From: Catajapyx aquilonaris
Lineage: Eukaryota
NCBI GenBank assembly: GCA_000934665.2
Contig: JYFJ02002370.1
Coordinates: 1 to 58,159 of the forward strand
Direction of reading: 5' to 3'
Length of the DNA: 58,159 nucleotides
This document shows positions 1 to 13,539 of this stretch, one piece after another. Position 1 is the first letter of the stretch. The number at the start of each line of letters is the position of its first letter. The notes under the pieces are model-generated. The model made no database searches. It saw only the letters and a list, made by a program, of their open reading frames with translations, and had not been told where the DNA came from. The translations under genes were made by a program, and so were the position numbers.

Positions 1-2399
1 AAGAGGTGGATCAGCAGTTGGCCCCATTCTGACAAATCAGATAACGTCAGGAGCAACTCCAAGCACGTGTATTCCCGTTTAGAGCTGGGGTGCTTCTGTG
101 GACAAATAATGCTGTATTTACCTAGGTCACAAACTTACCATGTTCTTCAACAGTTCCTGAATGTTGTTTTGTCGAAATTTCACAGGAACTTTCAAATTGG
201 TGAAGAGTGCCTAATTTAGGCGTGCTAGTGACGCAAGACTGACTTTCTGCAGTCCTATGATATTACGGAACTTGTTCCAGATTATCCGTAGCCATGGTAG
301 TGGTGAACAGTGTTCACGTCCCAAGACAGGTAATATCGATCATTTTTTTCCCACAAAATGTGCAATGATGCCTGATTTTCTTGTGAATAGAATTTACGTG
401 CACTTGCATGCTGTGTCTCTGTTTTTTATCCTTAATGCATGCGTGGAGTTTCATGTGCTCATGATTGTGTCAAATTAGTATCTACATGTAATATTTTACT
501 ATGTAAGATAAGTATGTTACTAATGTCTCTAATGTTATGCAAGTCAATTGTGTGGGTTATAGAAAAATGTATAGTTCAATAAAATAACGTGTTCTCCAGA
601 AAGATATTGTGATACGTTATTGCCATCTTAATGGTGTTTGGTGTGGCGTTGATGAATTATATAAATATCTGCTGATGAACGTCAAATAATTCGACAAGGT
701 TCTAGCTGCGCAAAGTACACCTGCGGCGCGGCGCGGCATCCATCAACGTAGGGTGACGTCGATGGATGTACTCGTAAGGTGCAGGGGCGGGGGCCACGAG
801 TCTTCTCGTTTTCTTTGCAAACCTCTGGCTTGGAGCATGTTCTCAGTGAATGAGATGGGAGTCCTCACTGTCTAATCAGTCACGGTGGGATTTGGATGAT
901 CAGATTTGGCGGTGGACAGTTCCTGGGTTGGATCTGATGTGATACTGGGGTGTTGGGCAGTTTCCTCGCTTCACCATCTCGAATATCTTCCACATCAAGT
1001 GACGTGAGCTGCTTTATTGATATGTGATGCATAATATATTAATGGTTTCATGCAGTAAACATGCGTTAATAGCACAATGGAGAGTAGCCCTATCCAGTGT
1101 CATCTCGAAATTATACTATTCCATCATTGGTGATGCCTTATCAGCCGTCTCTCTTGTCGTCATGATCTGGGTCGTCTGCAAATATTCCTTCTTTTTTTAA
1201 ATAGTGCAGATATTCGGGTGCCACTCTTACATACAAACGCTGCTAACACTTATAAGTCGCCTGTGTCACGTTTCTGCTCTAGATTCGTCTGATCTGTCCT
1301 GGTGCAACTGGCCATAAATCGTTCATGGAGCAACATCTGCAGTATTACAGTTCAGAGCAATGATGAGCAGAAATACCAGGCGAAGGTGAAGATAAATTCA
1401 GTTGTTCGAGGTTTCTGCAATACATTCATGTCAGTAGATTTGACCACTTCAGTATGAGTGTTTAACCCAGTAACAGTAACAGTAGCTCTGTCAAAATAAC
1501 TGCTTAAAAATAAGCAACGGCGTACTCTGTTTATCACTGAGAAATTCTACTGGTAAAAAATATTCCTGTCATCTTCAATCAGATTTGGCAGAAATATAGG
1601 AACGAGCCCTGCATGGCACAGTGCATTAACTATTTCAGTCATTTTATTCTGCACATTAGTTCCTGCTCAGCACTGCTCATCAGGTAGTCCTTCTTTGGAA
1701 TTCCAAAAATGTATGTTCAATGACCAGATTACAGGTTATGAGTTCTCTTTCAATCCCTGATCGAGTGAAAGTTTTTCAGACGGGAAAGGAATCTCGTTGC
1801 ATCGCATCGGTTCAATAAACTGAGCCTTAGGAATCACACCTCCGGCAATGCATGAGCCACGTTACAATCTGACAGTGAGATGTGTACGTGGAGTACACAC
1901 TTGGCATTCGTCTGTTTAATACTTTTTAAATTCCTGGTCTGGTAATATTTTCTGATATAATTTGTCACGTATCGATGCATCCATGTTAAGTGTCTTGTGT
2001 CGGATAAATTGATTTCCTAACTTGTCAGACTGTCGACTGTATTCGACTTCACTGCTAGGCTTGACCACCCGGAGCAGGCGAATAATTGTTGTTTAAAATT
2101 GGGTCACTGGGTTATGCTAGCGAGTTTTTTTTGTGGCTCATTCGTTTTGAGAGACAAATGTAGATTAACCCTGTGTTAAAAACTTTATTCAAAGACTTCA
2201 CATCCCAGTTAAGAAGATCTTGGTGGTCGTCCTGCGGTGGAATAAGTACGAGTTCCGACGGAATTTGTATTATTACAAGAGCAATATGGTTTGCATGAAC
2301 CGATCATGTCTGATCTTGTTTTTTGACAGGCCTGGTGATTGGAGGTGATTTTATCGATGATATCGGTTTTGGCGATTTATATAGTTCTCATTCGTTCTT

Positions 2400-2750
2400 T
2401 GGTGGGTTCCTTTCTCCATACATTACTCTCTTGGCCGAGCCAAAGTACACACATCAAGTGATCCTCGAACAACTATACTTGGCATTAAAATGGCACCATC
2501 CTCGTCATTTCCAATGAAATAAGTATGCAAATATGTGGGATTTTGATCAGAGAATTAACGACCTGGTTAAATGATAGACTTGACTCTGTATTTTGAAAGT
2601 AGATATAAAGTAAACCTCCGGGCAGGGCCATCCAAGTCGGACATAGTTGCCTCCTTCCTAATAAACCTTCAACCAGGGAGTGGCAGAGAAAGGGCTCTGC
2701 AATTGGCAGAAAAGAGGTCTTAAGAGAGCAGCAACTGAGCACAGAAAAAG
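2400..2750 (-). mobile_element. Degenerate Helitron Rep N-terminal fragment
   Basis: Minus-strand translation across frameshifts gives TFKIQSQVYHLTRSLI..DQNPTYLHTYFIGND, matching the Helitron motif TFKIQGQxYHxxGSLLPxxDxxPxFLQIYF. Paralog of 5250-5650. Confidence 0.6.
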
Positions 2751-3099
2751 TTGAGTGTCATTCCATGTCATGTAGACTGTCCATCCTTCCGTGCCAATTA
2801 TGGTGAAATTGGGTGCCATGGATGAATGACACTGCGTCGAATTATATGCTTGTTGAACGATTTCATATTTAACAATGTCTTATGGGTGTCACTCTCTACA
2901 TTAAGCCATTATTAAGGCAAGTTCAGGCGTGGCAACACCGAAGAGTATGCTCAGTTTACCAGGTGAATCTTCTGGAGTTTTTGACTACCGGGAAAAGGTA
3001 TAGTTGCATCCAAACATTACATTAGTGTGGCTAAGGCATCTTCTGCCTCATATAAAGGTATCTATTTGCCCTGTACTCTTATCTAATTACGTGGGGATT

Positions 3100-3590
3100 T
3101 TGTCTTATTATTGCCTTGTGGTTGGTTTTGTTTGCAATGTTATGTAATATTGTATAATGCACTCTGTACAGGATAAGCCTGTAAAATAATATTCCGCAAG
3201 ATCCATCTTGTCAGTTTTAATGAACTGACAAGGTGTGAAACAGATCGAAATTGTAGTGATGAGCATCTGGCACTGTTTGTCCCATTTTTGATTGACCTGG
3301 TTAGGGTTTCCCCATAATAATCGGGAGAGTTTTTCTGTCCCACTCAAAGGTGACCTTTATTCCCTATAAGAGGAAGGAGGGAAGGCTGGCGAAATACGAG
3401 GTACTACTTTTCCTGTATATCAAATCTTGTTGGTCAACTCCTCAGATGATAAAAGACAGTATTGTCTGCATCGTCTTCTGTGAGTGGAGGCAGATTATAT
3501 TGTCATTATTTATTGATTCTTTGCCTTTGATATGGAATGTTCTCAATTGAAATCTTTAAAAAAAAGTCAATGTTGGCCATGGTAGAGACA
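3100..3590 (-). mobile_element. Very degenerate Cys-rich (CxC/KDZ, HMGXB3-like) DNA transposon fragment; paralog at about 5940-6330
   Basis: The paralog reads KKNAHYYYGEILTRSIKYGTNCARC, preceded by DFIYRYRKRLIRPAFPP, which resembles CxC domains of KDZ/HMGXB3-type transposons. Similarity judged by eye only. Confidence 0.25.
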
Positions 3591-4049
3591 ACAGTATTGC
3601 TGTCCGCTGATTTGTTTTGAATAATTATGTTAGTTGCATTTCGTATGCACGCCTCTCTGCATACGAAATGAAATTAATGTATGGCAGTACAAACTCATCA
3701 TTTCTTGTAGGATACCCCCATAACAGAATATTTTTATATTGGGAAGCTCTCTCTACCATTACTGATTTCCCTGGTATGTTGTCATTCAACATTTTCTAAG
3801 TACTAACGAGCGACCAAGAGGATTATGCGTCCCCATGTGGATGGAACGTGTTTTAACAAGGTCTCAACAAAGACTGACAAAGACAGACTTGTCCCTTGCT
3901 TGCCTTCGACATTGTCGCTGTCGGTGGTGAGCTATCGAGGTAGGGGTGGTCTCCGTCTAAGGAAAATTCCATTGTACTTGGCCTACACCAGTGTCGTTCG
4001 CCCACACCCCCAAAATGGAGTGGTGGGGGTAAGAAACAAAATGTTATTA

Positions 4050-4770
4050 AAAAATCACCGTTAAGATTGTGGACTTTAGCATAAATAATAATGAAGCGTA
4101 ACACCAATAATGAAGCGGCGGACACTAAAGTAGAAATTGGCATAAATATGATTACACTTGGACAGTGAATTTCCGTGTGGTCTGATCAAAATTGCTACGA
4201 CAACGTGTATAATTATGCTATTTAGCAGGACATTAATTTTAATAATGAACCTGAGGGCCCACACAAACCATATTGTACCTGTACAGTAACATTACACGTG
4301 CAAGGTCACGGGTTGTGCCTTGAGTAACTGTCCACCGCATCTCATTTACCTATTGATTTAATAATTTGTCTGAATGTCGACTGTATGTAATGGTGTGTTC
4401 AAATAATCCCAGAGATGATACAATTAATTCAATTGCCAAACTTGCAGTTCATGATAAGAGGATAACAACCCAACGTCTTTCCCTCTCTTCGGTGTCCGTC
4501 GTTCAGCTCCATCTGTCCCACGCTCACACCTTTGTATCTTCTGATAGCCAGATAGCTATAATGATATGGCCAAGGGGGACAGGAATCGTAGTCGAATAAT
4601 CTAGGTTTTTTTCAGTCGGTCGGTGCGGTGTATTCATCTCTAGAATCTCTGAATTAATGTAATACCACTGTATTTCATTGCACTGTTACAAGTACAGATT
4701 TTTCGTGTCCCTGAGGAGCAGTTAATTGGGGCTTTATATGAAGTGACTTTTACAGACATTTTATCCACAA
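4050..4770 (-). pseudogene. Possible remnant of a viral (chuvirus-type) envelope glycoprotein C-terminus
   Basis: Broken frames give INCSSG..QWYYINSEILEMNTPHRP..LAIS, then hydrophobic IWFVWALRFIIKINVLLNSIIIHVVVAIL and ISTLVSAASLLVL. The order resembles the chuviral G C-terminus. Confidence 0.25.
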
Positions 4771-5249
4771 TTGCTGTCAATAAATGATCGTAAGCTTTCA
4801 GATTCCTTTGCAGTTGACTTCATTGCAAGGTAATATACAGTTGATTGGCGCCTTTTTTTTTCATTCCTGTTGGTTCATTTCGGGTGAGCCTCTGCAGTGG
4901 ACGGACACCATGCCACGTCAGGTGGTGGACTCGATTGCTACCTCCACCTTCCAGAGCAAGCGAAGAATTGTTGCTTAAAATTGGGTCACTGGGTTATGGT
5001 AGCGGTTTTTTTTGTGGCGCATACGTTTTGAGATACATTTGTATAGCTTAACTGTGTGTTTGGAACTTCATTCAAAGGGTTAGCATCCCAGTTAAGAATA
5101 TCTTGTTGGTGGTCGTCCTGCGGTGGAATTAATTACATGGCGAGTTCATAACCGATAATGTTTGATCATTTTTTTGGGGACATGCCTGGTCGTTGGTGAT
5201 GGAGATGATTTTATAAACGGTATCAGTTTTGGCGATTTATGTAGGAATC

Positions 5250-5650
5250 ATGCATTCGTTCTTTGTTCGGTTTCTTTCTCCATAACATACATTAGGTTCT
5301 TGACCGAGCCAAAGTACCCACATATACTTGTCGTTAATATGGCGTCATTATCGTCATTTGCAATGAAATAAATATGCAAATTTTTGGGATTTTGATCAGA
5401 GGCAGGAATTAACGTCCTGGTGAAATGATAGATTTGACTCTGTATTTGAAAGTGGGCACAAGAAGAAGTCATCTGAAAGCACTGTTGTACCCCCTGGTAC
5501 CATTGAGAAACTCTAGCTGATTTACATTCGTCTTTGGTTTCTTTCCTGACCCAGACCAGTAGCGAGTGTAGAAGCCAAGGCATCTTCTGCCTCATAAAGG
5601 CGAGGAGATCTTGTAGTCGTCGGGGGTTAACATCCTCCAGTTGATCCACC
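5250..5650 (-). mobile_element. Degenerate Helitron Rep N-terminal fragment
   Basis: ORF 5248-5649 contains QQCFQMTSS..FQIQSQIYHFTRTLIPASDQNPKNLHIYFIAND, close to the Helitron NSCFQMTSFG..FKIQGQIYH..LLP..D..PKFLQIYF block. Confidence 0.7.
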
Positions 5651-7039
5651 TCTAGTTCACGTGATATACTGGAGCAGTACGTGCCTTTTAAATTCAGGTG
5701 AAAGTGTGCAGTAGAATCACCCCCTCCATATGCCTTTCTTTTATTTATCTATGTATTCATGAAGCTGCCCTCACGTAGGGTTCTTTTTCTTATTCCCTTA
5801 TCATTCACTCCTATCTATTGGGTCAGATTAGAATCTGAGGCTTCCGTACAGGCAGGTTATGACTTGTTCCAGCACTCATCGGTGTCATTGGTGTCCTTCA
5901 ATGAACCCCCAGTTGTTTTTTGAGAAAACATGCACAACTGGCAAGGTGTGAAACAGATTTGTAGTGATGAGCATCTGGCACAGTTTGTCCCATATTTAAT
6001 TGACCTGGTTAGGATTTCCCCATAATAATAGTGAGCATTTTTCTTTCCCACTCAAAGACCAACTTGTACGAGTAAGAGGAGGAGGGAAGGCTGGACGAAT
6101 AAGTCTTTTCCTGTATCGGTATATAAAATCTTGTTGGTCAACTGCTGAGGATAAAATACAGTATTGCCTGCATCGTCGTGTGAGTGGATGTTTCACTCAT
6201 CAATTTACTTATGAGGTAATGACAGATTATATTATCATTAAATACAATTATTGCTTCATTGCCTTTGATATGGAATGTTCTCGATTGAAATATTTAATAC
6301 AAAATCAATGTTGGCCATGGTAGAGACATCAGTCCAAGTCCAAGTTTGCCAGTTTAGTGTATTCATTTCAGTACCACATGAATATTCTCACCTTTTTATC
6401 ACGCAAATGTTCTAAAATATTTATTTTAATAACTGAGGTTGTCCCCGTTCACATCCACTCAAAGGCCTATAGGCTACAGGTTGTAAGGAATGCTCCAATA
6501 AACCATCACTCAAGCAATCAAACCTGAAATTATTGTGTAATCAGTATCTGTTCGGCCATTCTGGTTGGCATCCTGCTGTTGCAGGTCTACCTTTTTCACC
6601 TCTGTGATTAGGGCAGTTTGCATAAAAATTTTGTTGTGAAGGAATGCTTTCAAGAGTTTTTAGCAGGTGGGAGTGACCTTTTGTGCCTTTCCGTTTTTTC
6701 ATGAACAGACGACTGCATTTCTCCACCTCCTGTCAACAAGATCATTTTTATTAATTTTTCCTCAACTCAGATGGGAGGCATTTTTTGTCTGCTTTTCAAG
6801 ATAAAAAGTGTTGGTCCTCTCTGACAGCAACAAAGTGCGCATCATTCTTGTACGTAATTCTATGTCATTTTATGCAAGTGTTGGGTTACGGTTTGTGCTG
6901 TGGTGAGGCATCCTTCTAAGCGTGGATGACCTCTTCTGAGATGTAAAAGAAATGCATAACAGTCTATTTCCATATGTGTCTATAAATGTGATGGGTCAGA
7001 TAGTTTTCACAATATGTTGTTCTCTCCAGTGTGGAATTC

Positions 7040-7480
7040 TTTTTCAGGAGCCGGGGGGCCCGAAATGCTGGGTTGGTCGCTTGATGTTCCTGTGTGCCCA
7101 AACTTCATGGACTTTGAGCATATTTAGATGGTCTGGAATCTGCATGTTGCAGAATAATTCGCAGCTGTTTCCTCTCGAATATTTAAAAAGTTTGATCCAA
7201 AAATTGTCGTCCTTCATGTGTTTAATAAGGAGGAAGAGTTGACTAAAAGGCAAGAGTAGGTATGGGCCTTTTCTCTCCGGTTCTCATCTCCCTCTACTCG
7301 CGATCGTCTCGTCACGAAAGGTATCAGACGAATCGCACTTTGGAGTGCCACGAGACTTTCCCAACTCACATGATTGCCTCTTCCAAAGGCGAAAATGTGC
7401 ATATATGAATTGCCGTGTATTTGTTACCCATCGACGGTATGTGATCGTGATAAGCCCACGGCAGATTGGCTATCACTACT
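7040..7480 (-). mobile_element. Degenerate integrase-like DDE transposase fragment (IS3EU-like)
   Basis: FWIKLFKY..FCNMQIPDHLNMLKVHEVWAHRNIKR resembles the FWIxLF..IQxxL..WNxHxIR motif of eukaryotic integrase-core transposases. Confidence 0.3.
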
Positions 7481-8433
7481 GTGATACATTTATCCTGTAA
7501 CTTCAGTTACCTAATCAATGAAGGGTTGGAAGTGGTTCAGGGACCCACCAAAATTTTGGCGCGTCTCAAAGTGCGCCACCAAAATTTATTATTACTTCCT
7601 GTTGCTGAATATATTGCAACATTACTTGTTGGAACTTAATATACCCTGGCGTTAGACGCGTTTGAGCTGTAGGTGGTTGATGTTGTAGTGCATTGGTTTC
7701 GTCCATATTCGTTCAGAATGCTACTTACCAGACTCTCTTCGGACAGGTGGAGCTACACCAGACAGGAGCTGTTCGATCTCCGATAAAAGTCTCCGCGACA
7801 ACCAAAGTCAGTCAATTTTTGTGGGTTAACGTTTCATATTGAATTCTGACACCTCACGAGTGCATTTGAATCCGGCGCGTTATTACTTGTATTTTTGAAG
7901 CATGATTCACATGGATATTAAGAATCGACTGAATTCATTTTCTGTAGTATGTCTATTGGAAGTACGTTACAGCAACAAAGCACACGGGCGTCATCCTCTT
8001 TCATCGGTTCTTGCGTTCATCAATGGCGTTTGTTGTCATTGTCTGCGTCCGTTGATCCTATGAAGGTCCCGACCCGAAAAAGATTGGGAATCACTGTCAC
8101 AGAGGGACCGTCCTTCTCTGCCTTCCTTTTGTGGGTTTTGTGGTAGTTCAATCACCTTTTACATCATTTTTTAATTCTCGAATCTCCCCACTCATAACGT
8201 GGTAATTTAAAAATAAATACATGTTTGACTATTCTGGACAAATGGTCATTGTTGAGCCAATGATATTGTCTGCTGGTACACGTTTTCAAACAGTATTTGA
8301 CCACTTTCGCAGATGTCCTGCTTGATAAGCTGCCTGTCTGATGGCCACTGAAGTGCTCACAGCTGTGTGACATATCATTTAGGAAAATTCAATGCCAAAC
8401 CTCCACTTTCATGTGCATGTATTATGCATTAGG

Positions 8434-8434
<1 letters not shown>

Positions 8435-8484
<50 letters not shown>

Positions 8485-8500
8485 TGATGATGATGATGAT
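8435..8500. repeat. Compound microsatellite (AAT)n(GAT)n
   Basis: Directly visible. It explains the poly-His/poly-Tyr ORF 8409-8594. Confidence 0.95.
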
Positions 8501-8509
8501 GGCGGGATA

Positions 8510-9500
8510 TGTGATCCAGGTGCCTAATTTCATGTCGTTTTCCCTTTAGCATGATCCTCCATTTACCTAAGGTGTGACATACCATATGAATCAAGCATAG
8601 TAAGCAGGGTGGCCCTCATAATGCATACAATACCGTGACATGAAATTCCCCAGCAGGTAACTAATTTGACATCACTTGAATGTACTACTGGTACTGAAAA
8701 GTTAGGATCATTGGTATTACCATAACATGGTCTCGAATAGAATAGGTGTGCATTATCATCAATATTCTGCTTTCAGGCTTGATGATCTATTCCCGATTGT
8801 TTTGTTCATGACCCTTTCCTTCTTTGATATTAAAGCTTGGTGTTCGCAGCTTCTTCGTGACTATCATGATAAGGGCAATGTCTCATGATGGGGCTAATGC
8901 ACCAGGGCTAGACAATGAAAATGGTGTGATAATGCAGCCTAAGAAGAAGTGATGCAGTTACCAGACATTATGGCCCGGCCAGACTTGAGTGTCTGATGTG
9001 CGCCTGATATTTTCAGTTGGTACGCTGTATATTGAAGCTTTCCATTATGGCAAAAAGGCAATGGGTAATTGTGAATTTGGTATTCCCCCACGCCTTTCTG
9101 TCTTAATAGCTATTGCCATGCCATATGTTCCATTTATATACAATATCTTTTAACGACCATTGGAGCAAACTTCTCCTCACAAGTCGAAGAAGAGATCATA
9201 ACCAGTTCCGTGCATTGTGAGGCTGAAGATGTGTTGTGATGATGTGAATTAAGTTCAGTCAAGTGGCGAGGTATGCTTGAGTCTTCACTACTGTATTATC
9301 TGATGCGTCCGTCTTCGTTTTCTTGAGTAGCATTGTGGTCCTTGTAGGTCCACTATGATCCTTGGCCTTCGTCTCCATATCCTCCTTGTGATGTAGGTAG
9401 TAGGGCTTGAGCATGACTGTAGCATGACGAACTCCAAATCCATGGCTTCTTCTCTGTCCTGTTCATTGGCTGCAATGCAACTGAGCAGAACAAGGTTGAC
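8510..9500 (-). mobile_element. Possible highly decayed PIF/Harbinger transposase
   Basis: Remnants in Harbinger order: RRIWRRRPRI, SPGALA (cf. FPGxxGAIDG), KEGKGH (cf. NRKGxH), LPAGEFH and MLKGKRHEIRHLD (cf. LKGRFRxL). Many stops. Confidence 0.25.
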
Positions 9501-9999
9501 TTCTTCTTTGTTAGTCCCAATTATAATTTTAGCCGCTTTCAACCTCACTTTTCTATGGCACATAATAACTCAAATGTTTTGAAATAACAGTGGTGCCATT
9601 AAGGGATGTTCTTACCTGACAGAAATTTCTAGTGTCAACGTTGTTCTGGACCGTGATATTAATCATAAGCATCCGAAGGTCATTCTTCAGGCTCCCAAAC
9701 TCCTGGCAGTAATATTTAATAATATTAATATTTTAACAAAATTATCGTTCTTGAACAAGATGCGACTCAAAAAATTGTCCATCATTAACTAGTGTCTGAA
9801 AAATTAATATTAAAATTCCAGCCGCTTTTTAGTGCCTTTTGTGGCCATTTCAAGTGCAAAATGCAAATTATAGACTATTGAGGCCTGGTTTTCACTATTT
9901 GGGGGGGACAGATATTTAAAAACTGAGTTAAGCATTTTTGATATAATATTATTTATGAGCAACAACTTCCAATAAAAATTATTGCTGTTAACTGCAAAA

Positions 10000-11615
10000 T
10001 CAATCCTGGAAGGTGTAGTATTCCCGTCAGAGTTTGTATGAGTTTGCCCTCTGCGTCCTTTGATTCGGCGGAGAAGAGTTCAATCATCTTATTGGTTTTG
10101 ATATCACCGAGAGCAATATATTGTTAAGTGCATGTTAGAGAATGCTCGCAGGGGGTGGATGGGGGAATTTATGTCCCTAACAAGTTTGGGTAGGTCCTTC
10201 GAGGGTTGCAGGTGGCGTTGACAGTGACTTGAGAGATGAGGCCTCAAGGAAGGGTAGGTGTCCCATAATGAAGCGATTGGCGCAAAGACTCGGGAATCCG
10301 TCGCACGCAGCATGATGGGTATAAGGAAACCGGGAGGCCTCCAATGTTGCTCGAGGTTTGTAAGATAATTGCTATCTCCTCTGGCTCTCGAGACCTGATC
10401 TTTCTCCACGCGAAATGAAGCCTTGAGAAAGCTTCTATCATAGCAACACAATAGAAGGGTAAAGGTCCTGAGTCTTCTTGAACTGCTCTTCGTTTTCTCC
10501 CTCCATCTATCCCACCTTTGCGTCTTCTATAGCCAGAAAGCCATTGTAGCTTTGGCTTCTTCCAAATCTTCGTGAGCTGCAGTGCAACCTGATGTGAAGA
10601 TTCCATAAAGATCCCCTAGGAGTCATCTAAACGGATCATTAGCTTGAGCAGGCAGTCTTGAAGCCTTCTTCAAATCGTTGGGCACTTCCACTCCCTTCAG
10701 ATAATATCTTCTGGCATATTCCAGTAGAATCGTCGATTTCCAGGATTCTTCAGGCTTAATGGGCACCTTGAGTGCTTTAGACCACTGAGCGAGAGATCGC
10801 AGGAACCCATCTACATACGCTTGGTTCCCTTCTGATGGACCTGGGGCAATTTCATCTGGTATGTTTAAGAGAATCACCCGATTATCACCCTGGCCAGGGA
10901 TAGAAATCAGAGCTCCGACATCAAAGGCAGCAGCAAGGATGAGTGATACGTGTCTGATCATTGTTCGAGTCATTTTAAGAAGTCGCTTTCTTAGCCATGA
11001 TTCTCCTAAGGTCATCGATTGGAACTTTGATACGTACTTACGAATGAGACGTGTTTTGTTCTATGGCCGTCTGTTATAGTCTCATATCTCACAATATTGA
11101 GTATATCCATACTGATGTTCTCCCTCTAACTAGATCAATACAAGACCACTGAATACGTCCCTAGATAGACATCTCTATTATTTAGGCCATCAATCATAAT
11201 ATGGTTGCCGGCGAAATACAGCAGATTGTGTGTTAGCCGGAATATTCTTATGAACTCTCTGTCAGCTCCGACTCGAAACAGCAACTCTTCCATATAGCCT
11301 CTCCGCTCCCACAGCCGCACCAAGTCCCGGCGATCTGCTATTCCTCTAACTTGATGTCTACTGACGGTCCTGATGTGGTCCTGAGGTATGCCAGTTCCGC
11401 CACTCTGTGGACCTTGTACACGTATTAATTTGCGTGTCGTATGCGAAGCCTCACTTAGTGATTTTCTGCGATGAAACATCGTCGCGGATATACATTCATC
11501 TTTGTCGTTGGCCTAGATCCATTGCTTCAGTTCTGTTGTGCAGAGTGGTAACGATTCCCTGGACGAAGTCCCTTCCCTGGACAGTTCACTATTTCATCGA
11601 TGGAAAATAACTTAC
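10000..11615 (-). pseudogene. L: Endogenous viral element: L protein (RNA-dependent RNA polymerase) of a Mononegavirales/Jingchuvirales-type virus, internally deleted and frameshifted
   Basis: Motif C ISIPGQGDNRVI (canonical GQGDNQ; Arg codon cgg is one change from cag). Motif D region KPEESWKSTILLEYARRYYLKGVEVPNDLKKASR. Downstream SSNIGGLPVSLYPSCCVRRIPESL (cf. LGGx..RxxPDPxTE) and DLPKLVRDINSP (cf. LxxDPxSL). Upstream VYLGTYSVVL..DLVRGRTSVWIYS resembles the L N-terminal region. Confidence 0.85.
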
Positions 11616-13539
11616 ATGATTAAGAAGAGACGACGTGACGTTTCACTAGTGGACTAAACATTGAACAGTTGCAGGCCATGTTCCAAATATTGGGCTTCTT
11701 CTACACCTGTATAGTCGATATTGGGAAATGTGTTCATTTCCCATTTGTTTCGTCTGATTCTTGTTTTATTCCAGTAATAAATTTATCATCCGTTTTCCCC
11801 TTTTGGGAGCATTGTCACACTTGTTAGTAGGTGCCGTGCGAGGAAAATGTCTTTGTTAATGCAGCCTTCTCCGTATGGTTTGCACCGACCCATGTCCCTA
11901 TGGATCGTGGCTGTAGAAGGATGCGCTAGTTCGCCATATGGCACAATAAGTACAGTGTTTTAAGAAAAGGTTTACAAAGTATGCAAATTAAGAAGAGGCT
12001 GTCCAGCCGAACAGACAGGGTGGACATCATTTTTAACAGATATGCACAAGTTAACAAGAATATTGTGGTTGCAACACGTCGCGATATATGCTACTTTTCA
12101 GGCAGTGCATTTTCTTAAACACTTTTTCAGCTGATTTGTCATGTTCATACGAGCTAATGAGAATGTCAGTAATTAAAGGCGTGAAATAAAAGTATTCAAA
12201 ATACTCTGCCTATAGGAATAGTTGTCTTGAGAATGTGCTCATTGTTATTTCCGTTGTTGGTTGCAGTGATTATTTCTGACTTATCCTGCCTTCCTTCAAT
12301 CTTCAAATGTTACTGAATGTCGAAGGGTCATAGTTTAATCACTTCCGTCATCAGAGTGAGGGAGAAACCTCACCAAAATGGAAGTGGCCACTCAATATTA
12401 ATTTTATTGAGTTATACGCAGTTGTTGTGCCCATCCAGTGACCTTATTCGAAAGTCATGCAGCAAGATTTTAGCCGTTTCATGCAGGATCGCAGGATGTT
12501 GTCGTTTGGCCACGCTTGAGTCCTTCAATTGTGATGGTGCCTGTGGTCACCTGTTGCCGAATTATACAGATTATGGGTTATGACATGTCTCGAAGAACAA
12601 TTTTTGTGGCGTCGCACGAGATATTTTCAGTGAAGATGGCATCCAAGATATCCATGGTTAGAGTAAATAAATGGAAGTAAAATTTTAATACTCTCCGTCA
12701 GGATGTTATTTCAGCCACTCTCCTCCCATGTTTCTAACCCCTGTATTGGGATAATCACGTTCATTGTATGAAATATTGGCTCCGTGCTAATGGTAAATAA
12801 TAATGTGTGAATGGTACGTGCATGACGTCAATTTCATTGCAGTGTCGTCCTGATTGGTTGATCAACGTCCGGTGATTTTTAGGCTGGGGGGATGTGACAT
12901 GCTGGTACCCTTGTTGGTGATGTGCATTTGTGTAACCACCACCGGACAGAAATGGTGGACCATTTTTTGTGCATTGTCAGCCAATCGTTAGCTTGTTGAT
13001 TTTTGACATGAGCAGTCTCACAGTGTTGTTGCTGAACACGTGAAATGTGTCCGATACTTGTTGTTACCGTAGATTGCATAATATATTTCAATAAAATAGC
13101 AACAGCTTTATTCGTGGAAACTTATGGAAATTACCTAACATATGTTTGTGTGCGGCCTTCAGAGTGATACCAAACAGCTGTACTACAATCACAGTGCTGT
13201 ATTATCCCCTTTGAGAGTATCTACTGGGTTTGTGAAGGGTGTCAAATGTAGTAACAATGTTGACTCCAAGAACACTGTCATATTGTTCTCTGCATCTCTG
13301 CAGGAATAACTCGTGCATATGTCCAGGTGATATCGACTGGATGGGGAAAAGCGGACACTAATAGTTTCAGTCGGATTATTATTAGATGCAGTAGAGTGTT
13401 CTGATTGTGGGCGTCAGATCAGTCGCTCTTTTTTTTTGCGGGTTCTATGTGACTATACGGACACAAATTGAGTGATGTTCTTTGCCATATCTAGACTGTA
13501 CATCTACATAATTTTGGTTGGTAGTGTATCAGTGACTAT

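Larger units (their letters stand above)
2060..3590. repeat. Diverged local duplication, copy 1 (copy 2 at about 4940-6330; partial relatives at about 23900-24460 and 29080-29890)
   Basis: Shared anchors, e.g. ttaaaattgggtcactgggttatg (about 2093 and 4975), gtagtgatgagcatctggcac (about 3253 and 5961) and tcaatgttggccatggtagagaca (about 3567 and 6305). Confidence 0.85.

Noticed and set aside
8409..8594. ORF with poly-His/poly-Tyr
   Set aside because: It is a translation of the (AAT)n(GAT)n microsatellite.
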